This document shows positions 9,870 through 22,000 of a stretch of 64,000 bases of DNA, one piece after another. How positions within the stretch are numbered: the stretch's first letter is position 1; the number at the start of each line of letters is the position of its first letter. Below the pieces are notes generated by a model. That model made no database searches, was not told the origin of the DNA, and saw only the letters and a list, made by a program, of their open reading frames with translations. Source of the stretch: Hemiscyllium ocellatum. Its lineage: Eukaryota. Position numbers and translations under genes: made by a program. The stretch covers positions 124,001 through 188,000 of the forward strand of contig NW_026867476.1 of the NCBI RefSeq assembly GCF_020745735.1. Reading direction: 5' to 3'.

Positions 9870-11050
9870 CAGGTCGACAACAGTAGAGCAGTGGATGTAA
9901 TGTATATGGACTTCAGCAAGGCATTTGATAGGGTTCCCCATGGTAGGCTCATTCATAAAGTCAGGAAGTATGGGATACAAGATTTGGCTATCTGGATTCA
10001 GAATTGGCTGGCTGACAGTGGTTGTAGATGGAAAACATTCTGCCTGGAGGTCAGTGTTGAGTGGGGTCCCGCAGGGCTCTGTACTTGGGCCTCTGCTCTT
10101 TGTAGTTTTTATAAATGACTTGGATGAGGAGGTTGAGGGGTGGGTTAGTAAATTTGCAAATGACACAAAGGTTGGAGGTGTCATCGATAATATAGAGGTC
10201 TACTGTAATCTGCAGCGCGACATAGACAGGATGCAGAGCTGGGCTGAGAAATGGCAGACGGAGTTCAACCTGAATAAATGTGAAGTGATGCATTTTGGAA
10301 GGTTGAACTCGAATGCTGAATATAGGATTAAAGACAGGATTCTTGGCAGTGTGGAGGAACAAAGGGATCTGGGTGTGCAGGTACATAGATCCTTCAAAGT
10401 TGCCACCCAAGTGGATAGGGTTGTTAAGAAAGCATATGGTGTTTTGGTTTTCATTAACAGGGGGATCGAGTTTAAGAGCTGTGAGGTTTTGCTGCAGCTC
10501 TACATGTCCCTGGTGAGACCACACTTGGAATATTGTGTCCAGTTCAGGTTGCCCTACTATAGGAAAGATACAGGGGCTTTGGAGAGGGTGCAAAGAAGGT
10601 TTCCCAGGATGCTGCCTGGACTGGAGGGCTTGCCTTATGAAGAAAGGTTGAATAAGCTTGGACTTTTCTCTCTGGAGAGAAGGAGGAAGAGAGGAGACCT
10701 GATCGAGGTGTACAAAATAATGAGAGGAATAGATAGAGTCAACAGCCAGAGACTTTTCCCCAGGGCAGGATTCACTGGTACGAGAAGTCATAGTTTGAAG
10801 ATATTAGGTGGAAGGTATAAAGGAGACGTCAGAGGTGGGTTCTTTACGCAGAGAGTTGTGAATGCATGGAATGCATTGTCAGCTGAGGTGGTGGAAGCAA
10901 ATTCATTGGGGACATTTAAGCGACTGCTGGACATGCACATGGATAGCAGTGAATTGAGGGGTGCGTAGATTAAGTTACTATATTTTACATTAGGATTAAG
11001 TCTGAGCACAACATTGTAGGCCAAAGGGCCTATTCTGTGCTGTACTTTTC
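9870..11050 (+). mobile_element. 5'-truncated CR1 LINE, RT C-terminal half, inactive
   Basis: YMDFSKAFDRVPH, SGVPQGSVLGPLLF..FINDL; catalytic FADD changed to FAND; frameshifts near 9960-10020; 3' tail. Confidence 0.95.
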
Positions 11051-11054
11051 TAGT

Positions 11055-11140
11055 TTTAGATTAGATTAGATTACTTACAGTGTGGAAACAGGCACTTCGG
11101 CCCAACAAGTCCACACCGACCCGCCGAAGCGCAACCCACT
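11055..11140 (-). mobile_element. HE1-type SINE 3' tail only
   Basis: gattagattagattacttacagtgtggaaacagg..cccaacaagtccacaccgacccgccgaagcgcaacccac, nearly identical to the 58605 copy. Confidence 0.85.
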
Positions 11141-11169
11141 ATGTTTTATGTTCTGTCATATATGCCTTG

Positions 11170-11375
11170 AGGGGATCAGTTTGCTCAGTTGGCTAGTTTG
11201 GGATGCAGAGTGCTATCAACACTATGGGTTCAATCCCCGCACTGGCTGAAGTTACAATGAGGGACTCACATTCTCAGCCTCTGCTAATGTATGGGGGAGG
11301 TGGCCTTCAGATGAAACCAGCATCAATCACCCCCCTGTAATGAGAGCACTGTCCTCTGGGACAATAGCGATTTTT
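11170..11375 (+). mobile_element. tRNA-derived SINE of another family (decayed)
   Basis: A-box-like gctcagttggct and B-box gggttcaatccc. Confidence 0.5.
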
Positions 11376-11464
11376 ACAATCCACATCTTAATCAGGTCTC
11401 TTCTCATTCTTCTAAATGCCAGAGAGTACGAGGCTAAACTGCTCAAGGTTTCAGGCTAACCTAG

Positions 11465-11762
11465 TCAGAAGTCACACAACACCAGGTGACAGTCCAACGA
11501 GTTTATTTGAAATCACAAGCTTTTGGAGCGCTGCTCCGTCCTCAGGTGAAGGAACAGCATTCCAAAAGCTTGGAATTTCAAATGTACCTGTTAGACATGA
11601 GCCAAAGTGCTGGCAAATGGGACTAGACAGATTTAGGATATCTGGGCGGCATGGACGAATGGTACGGAATGGTCTGTTTCTGTGCCGTCCATCTCTATGA
11701 ATCTGACCTGGTGTGGTGTGACTTCTGACTTGGCACACACCCCCCCAGTCTAGCACAGGCAC
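11465..11762. mobile_element. Head-to-head fold-back element with two decayed hammerheads, interrupted by a CR1 tail (~11600-11705)
   Basis: Left arm agtcagaagtcacacaacaccagg, right arm cctggtgtggtgtgacttctgact; minus strand CAC-CTGAGGA-C-GGAGCAGCGCTCC-AAAA-GCTT-GTG (G12 lost); plus strand GGTGAAGGAACAGCATTCCAAAAGCTT. Confidence 0.7.
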
Positions 11763-11775
11763 CTCAAGGCAAACG

Positions 11776-11979
11776 TGACAGGAAATGGGTTTCAATGAGA
11801 GTCCTCATTTTATTTTTAAACAAACGAAACTGAACGTCTGGCTACAGTCTGCACTGGGAACAAAAACAATGCTGGAAATGACGGCATTGTTTTGTTCTCA
11901 GTGCAGACTGTAGCCAGACGTTCAATTTCGTTTGTTGAAAAATAAAATGAGGACTCACATTGAAACCCATTTCCTGTCA
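11776..11979. repeat. Long inverted repeat (97/96-bp arms, 11-nt loop)
   Basis: Arms 11776-11872 and 11884-11979 are reverse complements with few mismatches; loop tggaaatgacg. Confidence 0.95.
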
Positions 11980-12059
11980 AGGGGAAATGACAGGAAATGA
12001 CAGCGGCTCAGGAGGCATCCGTAGAGAGAGAGAGAGAGCAAACGAGCATGACCCTTCAT

Positions 12060-12310
12060 CAGAGCTGGCGCGAAATCACCACTACAAGGCAGCAGCGACG
12101 CACCAAAGCGGCGCCCAGCCCTTCGACATCAATGGCGGCGCGTTTACCCGTCGCCCCCCGCGCTGGTGAAAGCCCCCTATCCACATCGCACAGGCGCGAG
12201 TGGGCGGCCGGGTCCGGAGCATGCGCGGAGCGGGCGCTGGCGGTGGAGCGCTGGGTGAGCTAGGGTTAGCACTAGGGGGCTGGGGACCGGCCCAGGGAGA
12301 GGGGAGTCCC
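12060..12310 (+). promoter_or_regulatory. CpG-island promoter / first non-coding exon
   Basis: E2F-type TGGCGCGAAA 12066-12075, YY1-type AATGGCGGC 12131-12139, NRF1-like GCATGCGC 12219-12226, donor TGG|GTGAGC at 12255. Confidence 0.72.
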
Positions 12311-12614
12311 TGCAGGCGCAGGATGGTGTGTGGGCCGCAGAGAGGATTAAAAAAAAAAGGGGGAGGGGTGCAGGATTGACAGGGAGGGGTTTGATAAACT
12401 CCTCTTCCCAGGAGAGAAGGGTTTGCAAAGAAATTTTAAAAAATAAAAAATTGCAAGGCAGAAAAATGTTCGTCTCTTTGCAATCTCCATCATGCACCAA
12501 GAGAGAGAGAGAGAGAGAGAGATGGGATTCACAAACTCCTTTTCTTGGGCTGAGGTTGGGGAAGAAATGTGAGGTGGCACAGGGCAAATTGCACATCACT
12601 TCTCACTGGATCCG

Positions 12615-12985
12615 AGACGTTAAACGTGTGTATAGAGGTTTACAAAATTACAGTGGGCATGGATAGGATAAACAGGCAAAGTCTTTCCCCTGGGGTTGGG
12701 GTGGTTGGCGGGGGGGGGGGGGGGGGGGGGAGTCCAGAACTAGAGGGGTATAGGTTTAGAGTGAGAGGGGGAAGGTATAAAAGAGACCTAAGGGGCAACC
12801 TTTTCCACTCAGAGGGTATGGAAGGAGCTGCCAGAGGAAGTGGTGGAGGCTGGTACAATTGCAACATTTAAGAGGCATCTGGATGGGTATATGAATAGGA
12901 AGGGTTTGGAGGGATGTGGGCCGGGTGCTGGCAGGGGGGACTAGATTGGGGTTGGGATATCTGGTCGGCATGGACCGGTTGGATT
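12615..12985 (+). mobile_element. CR1/HER1 LINE 3' fragment
   Basis: EVYKITVGMDRINRQSL..ELEGYRFRVRGGRYKRDLRGN; CR1 tail. Confidence 0.88.
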
Positions 12986-13051
12986 AGATTCCCTACGGTG
13001 TGGAAACGGGCCAACGAGTCCACACGCACCCTCCGAAGGGATTTTCTTTCT

Positions 13052-13340
13052 GTGGGTCAGTGGTTAGCACTGCTGCCTCATGGCCCCAGGGTCCCAGGTT
13101 CGATTCCAGCCTCGGGGGGGCGACTGTCTGCGTGGCGTTTGCACATTCTCCCCGTGTCTGTGTGGGTTTCCTCCCACAGTCACAAAGATGTGCAGGTCAA
13201 GGCGAATTGGCCGTGCTAAAATTGCCCGTAGAGTTAGGCGCATCAGTCGGAGGGGAAACGGGCCTGGGTGGGTTACCGACCTCGGAGGGTCGGTGTGGAC
13301 GGGTTGGGCGCTGTTTCCACACGGTAGGGAATCTAATTCC
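13052..13340 (+). mobile_element. HE1-type V-SINE
   Basis: A-box tcagtggttagc, B-box gttcgattcc, V-domain tttgcacattctccccgtgtctgtgtgggtttcctcccacagtc, single gatgtgcagg..ggccgtgctaaa unit, LINE-type tail. Confidence 0.9.
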
Positions 13341-13932
13341 GTGAAGTCGCTGGTTTTGCGGGCATACACTCTCTGGATCGAGGGTAGAAATTGGGAGAGT
13401 GGGGCTGTTTGAATGGTGGGGTAGGCGCGATGGGCTGAACGGCCTAATTTCCGCTCCGGTCTCTTACGGATTGACAGGAGGGAAGGGTTTTGTGAACTCA
13501 TGCCAGAGTCGGGAAAGCCTGGACTGATTGAGGCGTTTGAGAAAATCCAGCTGGGGTGTTTAAAATGCTGCTGGACTCGAAATGTTCATGCGATGTTTGG
13601 CGTTTTCTGTCTCCACAGGTGCTGTTGGAGCTGCCAGTTTTCAGCAGCACTTTCTGGGAGGAAAAAAATACCTGGAAACATTAAGGCTGGAAAACCAATG
13701 AGAGAAAGGAACAGTCATTTAGACTAGACCCGTCGGCTTATTCTCTCTGCACAGAGGCTGCCTCTGACCTGCTGCGATTCCTACCCCCAGTTGAGTCACT
13801 TTCAGTGAACTGACTGTGGGAAGAGCTTTGACCGCAGCCTCAAAACGGCAGCCAACTCTTATCCAGCACCCCGAGAGTGTCGGCGGACTGACTTAAGCTT
13901 CCTTCGCTCGGCCAAGCGGGAGAGGGCGCGGG

Positions 13933-14248
13933 GAGAAGCGGTGGGAATGCGGGGATTGCGGGAAGGGGGTTGAATTACCCCCCCCCCCCCTCGGAGCTGG
14001 GGACCCAGCGGCGCAGCCACACTGGGGAGAGGCCCCCTTCGCCTGCTCCGAGTGCGGGCTGGAGTTTGTGGACCCTCTCCGACCCGCTGACCCACCCAGC
14101 GGGTGCACGCCGTGGGGAGCGGCCGTACGCCTGCCCGCTGTGCGGCAAGGACTTCAGGCAGTCGAACAACCTGCTGAGACACCACCAGCTGCACTTGTAC
14201 CAACAGGGGCTGGAGTCCGCCACTGAGGTGACCCACGTCCAGGACTGA
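13933..14248 (+). pseudogene. C2H2 zinc-finger pseudogene (3 fingers, several G/C-run insertions, no ATG)
   Basis: [64 protein letters not shown]; candidate acceptor ttttctgtctccacag at 13618. Confidence 0.8.
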
Positions 14249-14254
14249 ATACCT

Positions 14255-15277
14255 CCCTTCCCCCCAACACAGACACACACACAAGCACAGACACACACAC
14301 AGACGCAGACACACACAGACATAAGCACAGACACACACACAGACGCAGACAGACACACACAGGCACACACAGACACGTGCACACACACAGACACGTGCAC
14401 ACACACAGACGCAGACACACACAGACATAAGCACAGACACACACACAGACGCAGACAGACACACACAGGCACACACAAACACGTGCACACACACAGACAC
14501 ACACACAGACACGTGCACACACACAGACGCAGANNNNNNNNNNNNNNNNNNNNNNNNNNNNNNNNNNNNNNNNNNNNNNNNNNNNNNNNNNNNNNNNNNN
14601 NNNNNNNNNNNNNNNNNNNNNNNNNNNNNNNNNNNNNNNNNNNNNNNNNNNNNNNNNNNNNNNNNNNNNNNNNNNNNNNNNNNCACACAAGCACAGACAT
14701 ACACACACACAGACACGTGCACACTCACAGACGCAGACACACACGGACACAAGCACAGACGCAGACACATACGCGCACACACACAAGTACAGACACACAC
14801 ACACAGACGCAGACAGACACACGCACACACACGCACACAGACACACACAAACACGTGCACACACACAGACGCAGACACACACAGACACAAGCACAGACAC
14901 ACNNNNNNNNNNNNNNNNNNNNNNNNNNNNNNNNNNNNNNNNNNNNNNNNNNNNNNNNNNNNNNNNNNNNNNNNNNNNNNNNNNNNNNNNNNNNNNNNNN
15001 NNNNNNNNNNNNNNNNNNNNNNNNNNNNNNNNNNNNNNNNNNNNNNNNNNNNNNNCACAGACACAAGCACAGACACACACACAGATGCAGACACACACGC
15101 GCGCACACACAAGCACAGACACACACACACAGATGCAGACAGACACACACAAACACGTGCACACACACATAAGCAGACAGACACACAGACGCACACACAG
15201 ACACACAAGACATACACAGACACACGCACATACAAACAGACACATGTGCACAAACACACACACACACACACACACAC
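14255..15277. repeat. (CA)-rich compound micro/minisatellite
   Basis: acacagacgcagacacacac-type units; contains N gaps 14534-14683 and 14903-15055. Confidence 0.97.
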
Positions 15278-15928
15278 AGGCTACAGACTTAAAAAAATAC
15301 AGGGGCCAGGCTAAGAGGGCGTGTAAACGTCACGGACGAGGTTTGACAATGAGGAAGAACCGCCGGGCCACACCGCCAGGATGGACAGAGAAGCTCCAAG
15401 TGGCACCTGAGTCCCGGAGCAGCATGAGGCGGCGGACTTTGGCGGACACCGAACCAGGGCAGAGGCACGGACGGTGAACCGTGCCAGGCTGAGGGGTGCG
15501 GGTCGACCGGGACGGTCAGGAAGGTACTGGGACCACTTCGCTTCCTTGAGCCGGACTGGAAGAGAATATCCTGCCGGGGGGGGGGGGGGGGGGGTCTGAA
15601 ATCACAGGGAGTCCACGCCATTGGAGCAACCTTCCTTCCCTCATAGGACAGGGGGGTAAGGGGGCTGGGGAGATGGCTTATGTCCGTTTTTAAGCCCCCC
15701 GATTCCCGGACCGAATTCAAAACCCACCCAGCCACCCGGAGCCAGAGTGGCCCCCCTTCAGAGGCAGTGAATTCCGTACAGGCGGAGGGGTGGGTGGGTG
15801 GGGGGCTGCTCCACGCCAATGACAAAGGACTCAATGGTGGAGGGGGGAAAGGGGTCTGTAGGGAGCCTCAGTGCAGCGGGGTCTCAGCCCGCTTCCGCTC
15901 ACGGCTGACCCATGGGTGGCATCTTCGT

Positions 15929-16066
15929 GATTTGGATTGGATGAGATGCCCCTACCGCGTGGAATCAGGCCCTTCGGCCCATCAGCTCCAGCGCTGACCC
16001 TCTGAAGAGTAACCCACCCAGACCCGTTCCCCCTACCCTATATTTACCCCTGACTAATGCACATAA
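15929..16066 (-). mobile_element. 3' tail of the SINE that hosts the large satellite
   Basis: gatttggattggatgagat (decayed tail microsatellite), gtggaatcaggcccttcggccc..cccacccagacccgttccc..tatatttacccctgactaatgca; matches 58605-58730. Confidence 0.85.
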
Positions 16067-19000
16067 CACCATGGGTAATTTAGCACGGCCAATCCACCCT
16101 AACCTGCACATCCCGAGGCACTATGGGTAATTTAGCACGGCCAACCCACCCCTAACCTGCACATCCGTGGGCACTATGGGTAATCTAGCATGGCCAATCC
16201 ACCCCTAACCTGCACATCCCTGGGCACTATGGGTAATTTAGCACGGCCAATCCACCCCTAACCTGCACATCCCTGGGCACTATGGGTAAATTAGCACGGC
16301 CAATCCACCCTAACCTGCACATCCCGAGGCACTATGGGTAATTTAGCACGGCCAATCCACCCTAACCTGCACATCCGTGGGCACTATGGGTAATCTAGCA
16401 TGGCCAATCCACCCCTAACCTGCACATCCCTGGGCACTATGGGTAATTTAGCACGGCCAATCCACCCCTAACCTGCACATCCCTGGGCACTATGGGTAAT
16501 TTAGCATGGCCAATCCACCCCTAACCTGCACATCCCTGTGCACTATGGGTAATTTAGCACGGCCAATCCACCCTAACCTGCACATCCCTGGGCACTATGG
16601 GTAATTTAGCATGGCCAATCCACCCCTAACCTGCACAACCCTGGGCACTATGGGTAATTTAGCACGGCCAATCCACCCCTAACCTGCACATCCCTGGGCA
16701 CTATGGGTAATTTAGCACGGCCAATCCACCCCTAACCTGCACATCCCTGGGCACTATGGGTAATTTAGCACGGCCAATCCACCCCTAACCTGCACATCCC
16801 TGGGCACTATGGGTAAATTAGCACGGCCAATCCACCCTAACCTGCACATCCCTGGGCACTATGGGTAATTTAGCACGGCCAATCCACCCTAACCTGCACA
16901 TCCGTGGGCACTATGGGTAATCTAGCATGGCCAATCCACCCCTAACCTGCACATCCCTGGGCACTATGGGTAATTTAGCATGGCCAATCCACCCCTAACC
17001 TGCACATCCCTGTGCACTATGGGTAATTTAGCACGGCCAATCCACCCTAACCTGCACATCCCTGGGCACTATGGGTAATTTAGCACGGCCAATCCACCCT
17101 AACCTGCACATCCCTGGGCACTATGGGTAATTTAGCACGGCCAATCCACCCTAACCTGCACATCCCTGGGCACTATGGGTAAATTAGCACGGCCAATCCA
17201 CCCTATCCTGCACATCCCTAGGCACTATGGGTAATTTAGCACGGCCAATCCACCCCTAACCTGCACATCCCTGGGCACTATGGGTAATTTAGCACGGCCA
17301 ATCCACCCTAACCTGCACATCCCTGGGCACTATGGGTAATTTATCATGGCCAATCCACCCCTAACCTGCACAACCCTGGGCACTATGGGTAATTTAGCAC
17401 GGCCAATCCACCCCTAACCTGCACATCCCTGGGCACTATAGGTAATTTAGCATGGCCAATCCACCCCTAACCTGCACATCCCTGGGCACTATGGGTAATT
17501 TAGCATGGCCAATCCACCCTCACCTGCACATCCCTGGGCACTATGGGTAATTTAGCACGGCCAATCCACCCTAACCTGCACATCCCTGGGCACTATGGGT
17601 AATTTAGCATGGCCAATCCACCCCTAACCTGCACATCCCTGGGCACTATGGGTAATTTAGCATGGCCAATCCACCCCTAACCTGCACAACCCTGGGCACT
17701 ATGGGTAATTTAGCACGGCCAATCCACCCCTAACCTGCACATCCCTGGGCACTATGGGTAATTTAGCATGGCCAATCCACCCCTAACCTGCACATCCCTG
17801 GGCACTATGGGTAATTTAGCACGGCCAATCCACCCTAACCTGCACATCCCTGGCCACTATGGGTAATTTAGCATGGCCAATCCACCCCTAACCTGCACAA
17901 CCCTGGGCACTATGGGTAATTTAGCACGGCCAATCCACCCCTAACCTGCACATCCCTGGGCACTATGGGTAATTTAGCATGGCCAATCCACCCCTAACCT
18001 GCACATCCCTGGGCACTATGGGTAATTTAGCATGGCCAATCCACCCTAACCTGCACATCCCTGGGCACTATGGGTAATTTAGCATGGCCAATCCACCCCT
18101 AACCTGCACAACCCTGGGCACTATGGGTAATTTAGCACGGCCAATCCACCCCTAACCTGCACATCCCTGGGCACTATGGGTAATTTAGCATGGCCAATCC
18201 ACCCCTAACCTGCACATCCCTGGGCACGATGGGTAATTTAGCACGGCCAATCCACCCTAACCTGCACATCCCTGGGCACTATGGGTAATTTAGCATGGCC
18301 AATCCACCCCTAACCTGCACATCCCTGGGCACTATGGGTAATTTAGCATGGCCAATCCACCACTAACCTGCACATACCTGGGCACTATGGGTAAATTAGC
18401 ACGGCCAATCCACCCTATCCTGCACATCCCTAGGCACTATGGGTAATTTAGCACGGCCAATCGACCCCTAACCTGCACATCCCTGGGCACTATGGGTAAT
18501 TTAGCACGGCCAATCCACCCTAACCTGCACATCCCTGGGCACTATGGGTAATTTAGCACGGCCAATCCACCCCTAACCTGCACATCCCTGGGCACTATGG
18601 GTAAATTAGCACGGCCAATCCACCCTAACCTGCACATCCCGAGGCACTATGGGTAATTTAGCACAGCCAATCCACCCTAACCTGCACATCCCTGGGCACT
18701 ATGGGTAATCTAGCATGGCCAATCCACCCCTAACCTGCACATCCCTGGGCACTATGGGTAATTTAGCATGGCCAATCCACCCCTAACCTGCACATCCCTG
18801 TGCACTATGGGTAATTTAGCACGGCCAATCCACCCGAACCTGCACATCCCTGGGCACTATGGGTAATTTAGCACGGCCAATCCACCCTAACCTGCACATC
18901 CCTGGGCACTATGGGTAATTTAGCACGGCCAATCCACCCCTAACCTGCACATCCCTGGGCACTATGGGTAATTTAGCATGGCCAATCTACCCCTAACCTG

Positions 19001-22000
19001 CACAACCCTGGGCACTATGGGTAATTTAGCACGGCCAATCCACCCCTAACCTGCACATCCCTGGGCACTATGGGTAATTTAGCATGGTCAATCCACCCCT
19101 AACCTGCACATCCCTGGGCACTATGGGTAATTTAGCACGGCCAATCCACCCTAACCTGCACATCCCTGGGCACTATGGGTAATTTAGCATGGCCAATCCA
19201 CCCCTAACCTGCACAACCCTGGGCACTATGGGTAATTTAGCACGGCCAATCCACCCCTAAACTGCACATCCCTGGGCACTATGGGTAATTTAGCATGGCC
19301 AATCCACCCCTAACCTGCACATCCCTGGGCACTATGGGTAATTTAGCATGGCCAATCCACCCTAACCTGCACATCCCTGGGCACTATGGGTAATTTAGCA
19401 TGGCCAATCCACCCTAACCTGCACATCCCTGGGCACTATGGGTAATTTAGCACGGCCAATCCACCCCTAACCTGCACATCCCTGGGCACTATGGGTAATT
19501 TAGCATGGCCAATCCACCCTAACCTGCACATCCCTGGGCACTATGGGTAATTTATCATGGCCAAACCACCACTAACCTGCACATCCCTGGGCACTATGGG
19601 TCATTTAGCACGGCCAATCCACCCTAACCTGCACATCCCTGGGCACTAGGGGTAATTTAGCACGGCCAATCCACCCTAACCTGCACATCCCTGGGCACTA
19701 GGGGTAATTTAGCACAGCCAATCCACCCTAACCTGCACAACCCTGGGCACTATGGGTAATTTAGCACGGCCAATCCACCCTAACCTGCACATCCCTGGGC
19801 ACTATGGGTAATTTATCATGGCCAATCCACCCTAACCTGCACAACCCTGGGCACTATGGGTAATTTAGCACGGCCAATCCACCCTAACCTGCACATCCCT
19901 GGGCACTCTGGGTAATTTAGCACGGCCAATCCACCCTAACCTGCACATCCCTGGGCACTATGGGTAATTTAGCATGGCCAATCCACCCCTAACCTGCACA
20001 TCCCTAGGCACTATGGGTAATTTAGCACGGCCAATCCACCCTAACCTGCACATCCCTGGGCACTATGGGTAATTTAGCACGGCCAATCCACCCTAACCTG
20101 CACATCCCTGGGCACTATGGGTAAATTAGCACGGCCAATCCACCCTATCCTGCACATCCCTAGGCACTATGGGTAATTTAGCACGGCCAATCCACCCCTA
20201 ACCTGCACATCCCTGGGCACTATGGGTAATTTAGCACGGCCAATCCACCCTAACCTGCACATCCCTGGGCACTATGGGTAATTTAGCATGGCCAATCCAC
20301 CCATAACCTGCACATCCCTGGGCACTATGGGTAATTTATCATGGCCTATCCACCCCTAACCTGCACAACCCTGTGCACTATGGGTAATTTAGCACGGCCA
20401 ATCCACCCCTAACCTGCACATCCCTGGGCACTATGGGTAATTTAGCACGGCCAATCCACCCCTAACCTGCACAACCCTGGGCACTATGGGTAATTTAGCA
20501 CGGCCAATCCACCCCTAAACTGCACATCCCTGGGCACTATGGGTAATTTAGCATGGCCAATCCACCCCTAACCTGCACATCCCTGGGCACTATGGGTAAT
20601 TTAGCATGGCCAATCCACCCTAACCTGCACATCCCTGGGCACTATGGGTAATTTATCATGGCCAATCCACCCGTAACCTGCACATCCCTGGGCACTATGG
20701 GTAATTTAGCACGGCCAATCCACCCTAACCTGCACATCCCTGGGCACTATGGGTAATTTAGCACGGCCAATCCACCCTAACCTGCACATCCCTGGGCACT
20801 ATGGGTAATTTAGCACGGCCAATCCACCCCTAACCTGCACATCCCTGGGCACTATGGGTAATTTAGCACGGCCAATCCACCGCTAACCTGCACAACCCTG
20901 GGCACTATGGGTAATTTAGCACGGCCAATCCACCCCTAACCTGCACATCCCTGGGCACTATGGGTAATTTAGCATGGCCAATCCACCCCTAACCTGCACA
21001 TCCCTGGGCACTATGGGTAATTTAGCACGGCCAATCCACCCTAACCTGCACATCCCTGGGCACTATGGGTAATTTAGCATGGCCAATCCACCCCTAACCT
21101 GCACAACCCTGGGCACTATGGGTAATTTAGCACGGCCAATCCACCCCTAACCTGCACATCCCTGGGCACTATGGGTAATTTAGCATGGCCAATCCACCCC
21201 TAACCTGCACATCCCTGGGCACTATGGGTAATTTAGCATTCGCAATCCACCCTAACCTGCACATCCCTGGGCACTATGGGTAATTTAGCATGGCCAATCC
21301 ACCCTAACCTGCACATCCCTGGGCACTATGGGTAATTTATCATGGCCAATCCACCCCTAACCTGCACATCCCTGGGCACTATGGGTAATTTAGCACGGCC
21401 AATCCACCCTAACCTGCACATCCCTGGGCACTATGGGTAATTTATCATGGCCAAACCACCACTAACCTGCACATCCCTGGGCACTATGGGTCATTTAGCA
21501 CGGCCAATCCACCCTAACCTGCACATCCCTGGGCACTATGGGTAATTTAGCACGGCCAATCCACCCTAACCTGCACATCCCTGGGCACTAGGGGTAACTT
21601 AGCACAGCCAATCCACCCTAACCTGCACAACCCTGGGCACTATGGGTAATTTAGCACGGCCAATCCACCCTAACCTGCACATCCCTGGGCACTATGGGTA
21701 ATTTATCATGGCCAATCCACCCTAACCTGCACATCCCTGGGCACTCTGGGTAATTTAGCACGGCCAATCCACCCTAACCTGCACATCCCTGGGCACTATG
21801 GGTAATTTAGCACGGCCAATCCACCCTAACCTGCACATCCCTGGGCACTATGGGTAAATTAGCACGGCCAATCCACCCTATCCTGCACATCCCTAGGCAC
21901 TATGGGTAATTTAGCACGGCCAATCCACCCCTAACCTGCACATCCCTGGGCACTATGGGTAATTTAGCACGGCCAATCCACCCTAACCTGCACATCCCTG

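Noticed and set aside
9925-10968. Active reverse transcriptase
   Set aside because: It is 5' truncated and frameshifted, and the catalytic FADD is changed to FAND.
12708-12730. Long pure G or C runs (also ~4968-4980, ~15575-15594, 43505-43552) as functional G4 elements
   Set aside because: Homopolymer lengths are unreliable and may be sequencing artefacts.
13052-13130. tRNA genes at SINE heads (also near 35270 and 58860)
   Set aside because: Only A/B boxes are present, with no cloverleaf, and each continues into a SINE body.
13859-15277. Long Cys/Val- or Thr/His-rich ORFs (up to 472 aa)
   Set aside because: They are translations of (CA)/(TG) repeats and read through N gaps.
15280-15920. 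Gypsy integrase C-terminal fragment or third promoter
   Set aside because: There is only fleeting resemblance (GTVRKVLGPLRF; HLPSPL..) in different frames and strands, with no consistent motif set. Left unassigned.
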